NCBI RefSeq assembly: GCF_009914755.1 | Contig: NC_060927.1 | Direction: 5' to 3' (one strand) | DNA: 64,000 bases | From: the human T2T-CHM13v2.0 reference genome, Homo sapiens | In this document: positions 57,601 through 64,000 of the stretch, piece after piece | How positions within the stretch are numbered: the stretch's first letter is position 1 | How the letters are laid out: each line of letters opens with the position of its first letter | Notes under the pieces: generated by a model | What the model saw: only the letters and a program-made list of their open reading frames with translations | Told to the model about the DNA's origin: nothing | Databases searched by the model: none | Position numbers and translations under genes: made by a program

Positions 57601-59899
57601 GATGTTGGATCCCGTCTCTGAAGACCTTTTCAATATTCTTTGTCTGACTCATTTGAAACCCTTAAAATATGTTTAATAACTTGTGCTCTTTTTTCCTGTG
57701 TCAAAATGCATCTCACATTCCTTAAGAAGCATTTAGGGCAATGTTGCTCCAAGTGTGGTCTTTGGCAGGTGCTGGTCCTCAAACTCTCTGTTACAGATTT
57801 GCAATATAAGGACAGAAACCAAGATGTGTTTTGTGCCTTTAATAGCAGTTTGATGTTGCCACAACACTCAAGTGGGATTCATTTTTCTTGTAATTCATTT
57901 CTACTGTATTTTACCAAAGCCTTTATTCCCAATGAATTGAGGGCAAAACATCTGGGCTTTTATAAAAAATTGATTGAGAAGTGCTCATTTGCAAGTAATA
58001 AGGGAAAAATTTTAATCACTTTTAATCTCACTATTCCACCTAAGCCACTTTTGTGAAAGAAACAGTGGTTAGGAGTTGGGGAGAGATTTACATTTCTTTA
58101 TACATATTTGTTTAGTCATTTCATAGTTTTAATCACATGCATTTTCCAAAATAAAAATATTTTAAGCACCATCATGAAAAATAAATAAGATACACAGTTT
58201 GGACCCAAAGATTTTGCCAAAGTGGATTAAACATCCCAGTCTCCAGCTGCCTGAAACCCTGGGGAAAAAGTTGGGAGTGTCAAAGGTCTCAGGCCATCAA
58301 CTTGTTGCCAATCACCAGCTCTGTCCAGTTCCCCAGGACTGCCTGGGCTCTGTTACATGAGGTCTCATCCTAGGAACGACCATTGGTACCCACCTGGCTG
58401 GCAGAGGGCTTTCTGCTTTCTAACCTCCTCTCGCAGGGTTCAGGCTATCTCTGGCCACGATCTTCCCTTCTTCTGCTGAGTCAAAGCAAATATCTGAGGC
58501 ATTCTGAGGGACACTTAGAACTGAGGAGCAATTAAGAAATGCCCTCCAGGAGGGACTGGCCTCCATGTTACATGGTCATCCTACAAGTCCTAATGGAGGC
58601 CCTGAGAATGGCATTGCCTTAATGGCCATAGTAGGAAAAATGAGCAATGTTGCCTGATCGCTGCAATTGAATATCAAAGATGTTAACTGAGAGGCACATG
58701 TATACACACTGCCAAACATTAAACCATCTTCCTACACATTGCAGGGCATGAGAAAAAAAAAAATGGAGGTTAGGAGTAGGATGTCCAAAATGAGAGAGAA
58801 GGGTAAAGAAAGAAGAATTGCAAAAATCCATAATTAGAAAGAAAAAAGCAAACATGCATTTAGCTGTTTTGGAAAATCTATGTTACATAAATAGGACATT
58901 TTTCAGAAGTTAAAGAAAGGTCAGCCTAAATCATGCACACACTGCAGATCCCCATCCGTACTCCTAATCTGAAAAACTAATATTAAAGGATTAGAGTATG
59001 ACAGTTTAGGTCAAATGATGATCCTCCCTCCCCAGACTTGTCTATTTTAAGCTTAGGAGGAGGCAGAAGAGTCATAAATTCTCCCAGTGGGGCACAAGGA
59101 GCCAGTCCTTTTGCCAGCACCTTTCAGACTACCCGTGACCTCCCTTCCTTGTGAAATTACCCATAAGTCGAAGATGGGAAGCAGGCCTTGTATCCCTTGG
59201 GAATATTAGGGAGTCTCACAACTTTCCAAGATTTTAGGAAAAGTAGGAAGTAACCTATTTATAAGTCTGTTTGTTTTGGGAAGGGATTATTGCCTTTGTC
59301 TTCCTTTCTAAAATAGCATTCATTAATTTTTCTTTAAGTAAAAATATGCCCAATGCCATCTTCTCTCATTCCCCATGGAAACTTGCTTTGATCCACAGAG
59401 TACCTATAAAAAAAATTACAATAAATTCTGTAGTGTTTGTAACTAGGAAGATTAGGACTTGGAATGAATTGGCTCTGCGTTTATAGTCTCAAGGACAAAG
59501 ACTTTGTCTTTGTTCTCAAGGACTATCAGCCATGAGATTGACAGCTGGGGTTTATTCTGATCCCAACATTTTCCTCCTCTGATGTTGGTCATGTCCTCCT
59601 CTGTCACTTCTGACCATGAGTATAGGGATTGTTGTTGATAGTCAGAGGAGAAAGAACTCTCTGAAATGCTTGGTAGAAAGGAAAAAGCATGAAAGCTTTC
59701 TAGAAAGGTAAAGGAGTTTCATCAGAGTAACGGTAATACAATGTGAGATTCAGAATGTTCTTCCTGGTTTAGTAATTTCACCTTCACAAGAAGGGGCTAC
59801 ATCAAGGCTTCCCCAGGGTAGCTTTGCAGCTACAGTCAGATTGTGCAGATTCACTGAGACAAAGGCCTAGGGAGAGAGGAGAAAGCACTTCCTTGGCGG

Positions 59900-60350
59900 C
59901 TGTGTTGGGCCAGCTTTACTAGAAGTGGAGTCTGACACACTTTTGTGCAATGATTTATTGAGGATAAGCTCTCATGAGAAGGAAGTAAGAGAAGCAGGAA
60001 GAGGCATGGAAGGAGTTAAGTGAACTTGTATTTCAAGAGAGGTCTAACCTCAGCTTGATCTCACTGGAAGCTCTGGAGAGTGTGAATTGCACCATAGTTA
60101 CCCACCAAGAGCCAAGAGAATTGGACTGTTAAACTTCAACATTAATTTGTCATCGGCTATACGCTGCCTCTGAGAGTAAGGCGGTCATGTCCACGAATCT
60201 CTAGGATAGGCAACTCCCATTGGCCAAGGACAATCCCCCAGAAAAGGGTGAAGGTGTGAGCCCTTATGAGCCAACACCTGTGGCAGCTGTAGGCTGCTGG
60301 CCCTAGCTTGGTCAAGGGGACCTTGGCAGGCACCAACTGCAGCTGCTACA
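59900..60350 (-). mobile_element. ERVL LTR (LTR16-like)
   Basis: gtgcaatgatttattgagg...gaagctctggag...gagccaacacc resembles LTR16. Confidence 0.5.
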
Positions 60351-61865
60351 TAAGCCAAAACAATTGAAGATGGAAGGTCTGTGGACTGTACCTTATCTAA
60401 GGAACAATTTATATCATATACAAATCCTATCCTTTACTATTATATGGTAGTACATATATCTCAAGGTATGGTACCAAGGGGGCATCATATTTGATTAGAT
60501 TGGATTACAAGATAAATCTGAAGAGGAACATGGAGGTAGCTCAGTTCAGTATATTCATTTTATAGAAGAGAAGAAGTACATGAGAGTAAACACTTACTGG
60601 GAACCAGATCTGATTCTCAGTTTTCTCTTTTGCTTGAATTCAACCGAACTCATATTTATTAAATTCTTACTACGTATAAGGCACGATTTTAGGCACTGAG
60701 CAGATAAGTGAAAGACACCAAATTCAGCCACTGCCTTGTGCCTTAGGCATTTACAGTCTGGTTGAAGATAAGGAATGAAAGAAAAAAATAAGAGTATAAA
60801 TGCTATGCAAATCACAATTCAGATCTCACCCAAGAGCAATGTGGATTAAATGCTTGGGTCCTTTGAGGCAAAAAGCATGACACACAGGAGGATAGTTTGT
60901 GGTTTGTCTTAATGTGATGGGAGGCCTTCATCCCAAATTCCCCTGTATTTAAAACTATAAAAAAGAAAATATCCTGGCAGCTCTACTATTTGGTGAAGCT
61001 GAAAAAGATAAATATTCAAGTAGAGTTCTGGAAAAGGGGAAAAAAGCAAATGAACAAAGAACAAAAACAAGCCGTCCCTTTTCAAAATGTCATCTTGCCA
61101 TGAAAGCTTCTTCAATTCGTTACCTAGAAGTGCAAATGTATTGAAAGTTTTACTCATTAAATAAGATTATTTTGAAGCTAAAGGCCAAAGATCCTACTTA
61201 CTTTGGAGAACAGTGTTGAATCCAGCCCAATCTCTCCTTTCAGCCCAGGCATGTTTTAGTACTGGGATGTTTTCTATCTTTTTAAGTGTCCTGTGCTCTG
61301 TTTACACTATATTAATCTGCTCATTTAAATTGGTGTTTTGTTTTAATGTTTGGCCAGAGTTTATGCACTGCCACTTTGGAGAGAATCTAAGATTCATTCA
61401 TTCATTCATTCATTCACTCACTCAACAAAGCATTTGTTGACAGCCTGTTGGCATGGGAGACCCTTGCAATTGGCACCAAGAATACAAGAATGAGAAAGGG
61501 ACTCAACTTGCACCCAAATGCTCACAGTCCAGTTAGGTGAGAAAAATAAGCAGGTGAATATATTAAATAAAATATGGTATATGCACGAATAGAGCCCTGC
61601 CCAGGATATCTAACCAAGATTGACCCTAAGGATGTTCAAGGAAGTTTTTATAAAGAATTTGACCTTAGTTGAAGCCTGAGGCCCCGGTGAAGGGTTACCT
61701 CCTCCTTTATCATTTTCTTTATTGAATATACCATCAGAGGAAAATTATCGTTTTAAAATTTTGTTGATGTTGTTAATCTGTCCCCTCTGTCTTCCCACTA
61801 AAACAGCATTTCTCAACCTTTTTTAAAATCAGTGATATCGTAAGGAGCCTTTTTAAACAACTTTT

Positions 61866-62011
61866 TTGGTTTGCTTGTTTTGTTTTTTATTTTGTATAGA
61901 TAGAGGATCTCGCTATGTTGCCCAGGTTGGTCTCAAACTCCCGGAGTCAAGATATCCTCCTTCAGCCTCCTAAAGTGCTGGGATTACACACATGAGCCAC
62001 AGCACCTGGCC
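61866..62011 (-). mobile_element. FLAM / Alu left monomer, antisense
   Basis: gatctcgctatgttgcccagg...aaagtgctgggattaca...gagccacagcacctggcc; flanks share acaactttttt. Confidence 0.85.
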
Positions 62012-62059
62012 TGTAGACAACTTTTTTTCTAAACACTACTCTCCATGATGTTTTTCTGT

Positions 62060-62420
62060 AGCAAAATAGGCATAATATAAAATGTACCATCTTAACCATT
62101 TTTAAGTGTACAGTTTACTGGCATTAAGTACCTTCGCAGTGCTCTACAACCATCACCATTATTCATTTTTCTGTACTGAAATTTGCTCAACTGAAATTCT
62201 TTACCCCTTAAAGGATAACTTTTCCTACCCTTTCCTCCCAGGTTGCCCCCTGGACAACCACCATTATACTGTCTCTGAATATACCTGTACAAGGTACTTC
62301 ATACAAGTGGAATGATACAATATTTGTCCTTTTGTGTCTGGCTTATTTCACTTAGCATAATGTCTTCAAGATTCATCCATGTTGTAGCATGTGCCAGAGT
62401 TTCATTCCTTTTTATGCCTC
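62060..62420 (-). mobile_element. L1MB-like 3' end fragment
   Basis: ccatcttaaccatttttaagtgtacagtt...ctggcttatttcacttagcataatgtcttcaagattcatccatgttgtagcatgtg. Confidence 0.85.
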
Positions 62421-62774
62421 AATACCTACATGAAATTTAATACCACATTTTAAATCTCTTTGTATACTCTGGGCCTTTGGAGGCTCACAAACCATTGTAA
62501 TACATAAGATTTTTCCACTTCCCAAGAACCAGTTTCACCCTTTTGCTGCAATATCCCCCTGTAGAAAATGCCTGTGTTAAAACCTAAGCTCCGTGACCCT
62601 CTCTATCTTGTTGTCCACTGTGTCCCCCAGCGTAACACCTAGCACATTTTAAGTACTCAACAATCATTTATTGAATACTTCTCTAGCCCTTCCCCAACCA
62701 CTCCTTCCTTCTTATCTTAGCCATTATTATTAAAATTTGCTCTTAGAGTAATTACGTATGTATTTGTTACTTAG

Positions 62775-63050
<276 letters not shown>

Positions 63051-64000
63051 TAGGTGGCAGAGAATTCTGGAATATTGAGCTTAAATCTGAGGGAAGGTCC
63101 CATTGTGTTCTATGGCCCTGTTAAATTTTGTTTATAAAGCAAATTTCAATACAGTGGATAACCCAATTATTATAGGCTCCAACCAGCTGATATGTACTCT
63201 GAGAGTTCACAAATAGCCATTCGGAGGACATTTGCCACATTTTCCAAGCCCCCTTGGTCCTGGGTTAAAACATTTTGTTTGCAGCCTCTGCTACTTACTC
63301 CTGGGCCTTCACGTCAGGAGTTTATATTTGATTCCCTCTGGATTCCAAATGTTTTCTTCTGGGAATCTTCAGCTCCATAAGGAAATACTTAGCAGATGCA
63401 AAACAAGCAGGGTTTGTCAGGCAGCTGTAGTGAGAAGTGACTGTGGCATGCAGAAGGCTGTGTACAGGTGTTTGCAGGCTGTGCTCACAGACTTGGGAGA
63501 GGCCTGAGTGAGCACGCGTGGGAAAGAGGAGACCGACTCCTCACTCTGGAATTAAGGAAAGCAAAGAAGAGGAGAATGCCCTGGAAGGAACGAGAAATCT
63601 GTCTGTTGGGAACATCCTAATGGCCTCTTATTTTTCCTTGTTAAGAAATGCTAGCTAAGGCTGTCCATAGCAGGGCAGTCATTCTGGACTCATAAAGAGG
63701 CTGATCCAAATTGTTTGTTTGGGGGCACTTTGATGAGGGCAATGGTCAGAGAAAAAAGAAAACGATAGGTTGTGAGTGAGTCAGAACCAGCTATATGTCT
63801 GACACACCCAGGAAGGAGCCCTTAGTGAAGAATGAGAGAGAACAGTGTGGCCCTATCTCACTGAGAAAACTGTTCTTTCTACTGACTAAAACCTTTTATT
63901 GCCTCTTTTGGATGAATTCCCTCAACCATGAAGGCCGAGGCTAAGTTGTTGGTTTCCCTAAGGGCAAGGCAAATTCAGATAAGAAACAGAAACAACAAAT

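Noticed and set aside
58474-58483. TGCTGAGTCA Maf/NRF2-like element
   Set aside because: Single short motif lacking the preferred 5' purine of the ARE; expected by chance

Overview
Human (or very close hominid) genomic DNA from inside TGFBR2 (TGF-beta receptor type II), transcribed on the + strand. It contains five coding exons, numbered here as exons 2-6 of the 567-aa isoform: 19229-19397, 24765-24955, 46121-46920, 48588-48729 and 62872-62999. All have AG/GT boundaries and splice into one open frame covering the ectodomain, transmembrane helix and most of the Ser/Thr kinase. Exon 1 and the last exon lie outside the window. The rest is intron filled with Alu, MIR, L2, old L1, LTRs and DNA transposons; repeat subfamily names are from recall and their boundaries are approximate. 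Nearly all other ORFs in the track are spurious. I found no new gene or prokaryote-type system. The observations most worth following up are: (i) a ~147-bp, ~90% identical direct duplication bracketing exons 4-5, with a hairpin exactly at one junction; (ii) a 158-nt fold-back inverted duplication inside a MER3; (iii) two exon blocks (2-3 and 4-5) whose back-splice circles would be stop-free in frame and are each flanked by inverted Alus; (iv) an antisense LTR9-like solo LTR with an intact-looking promoter; (v) several template-switch-like hairpin scars and odd Alu remnants.
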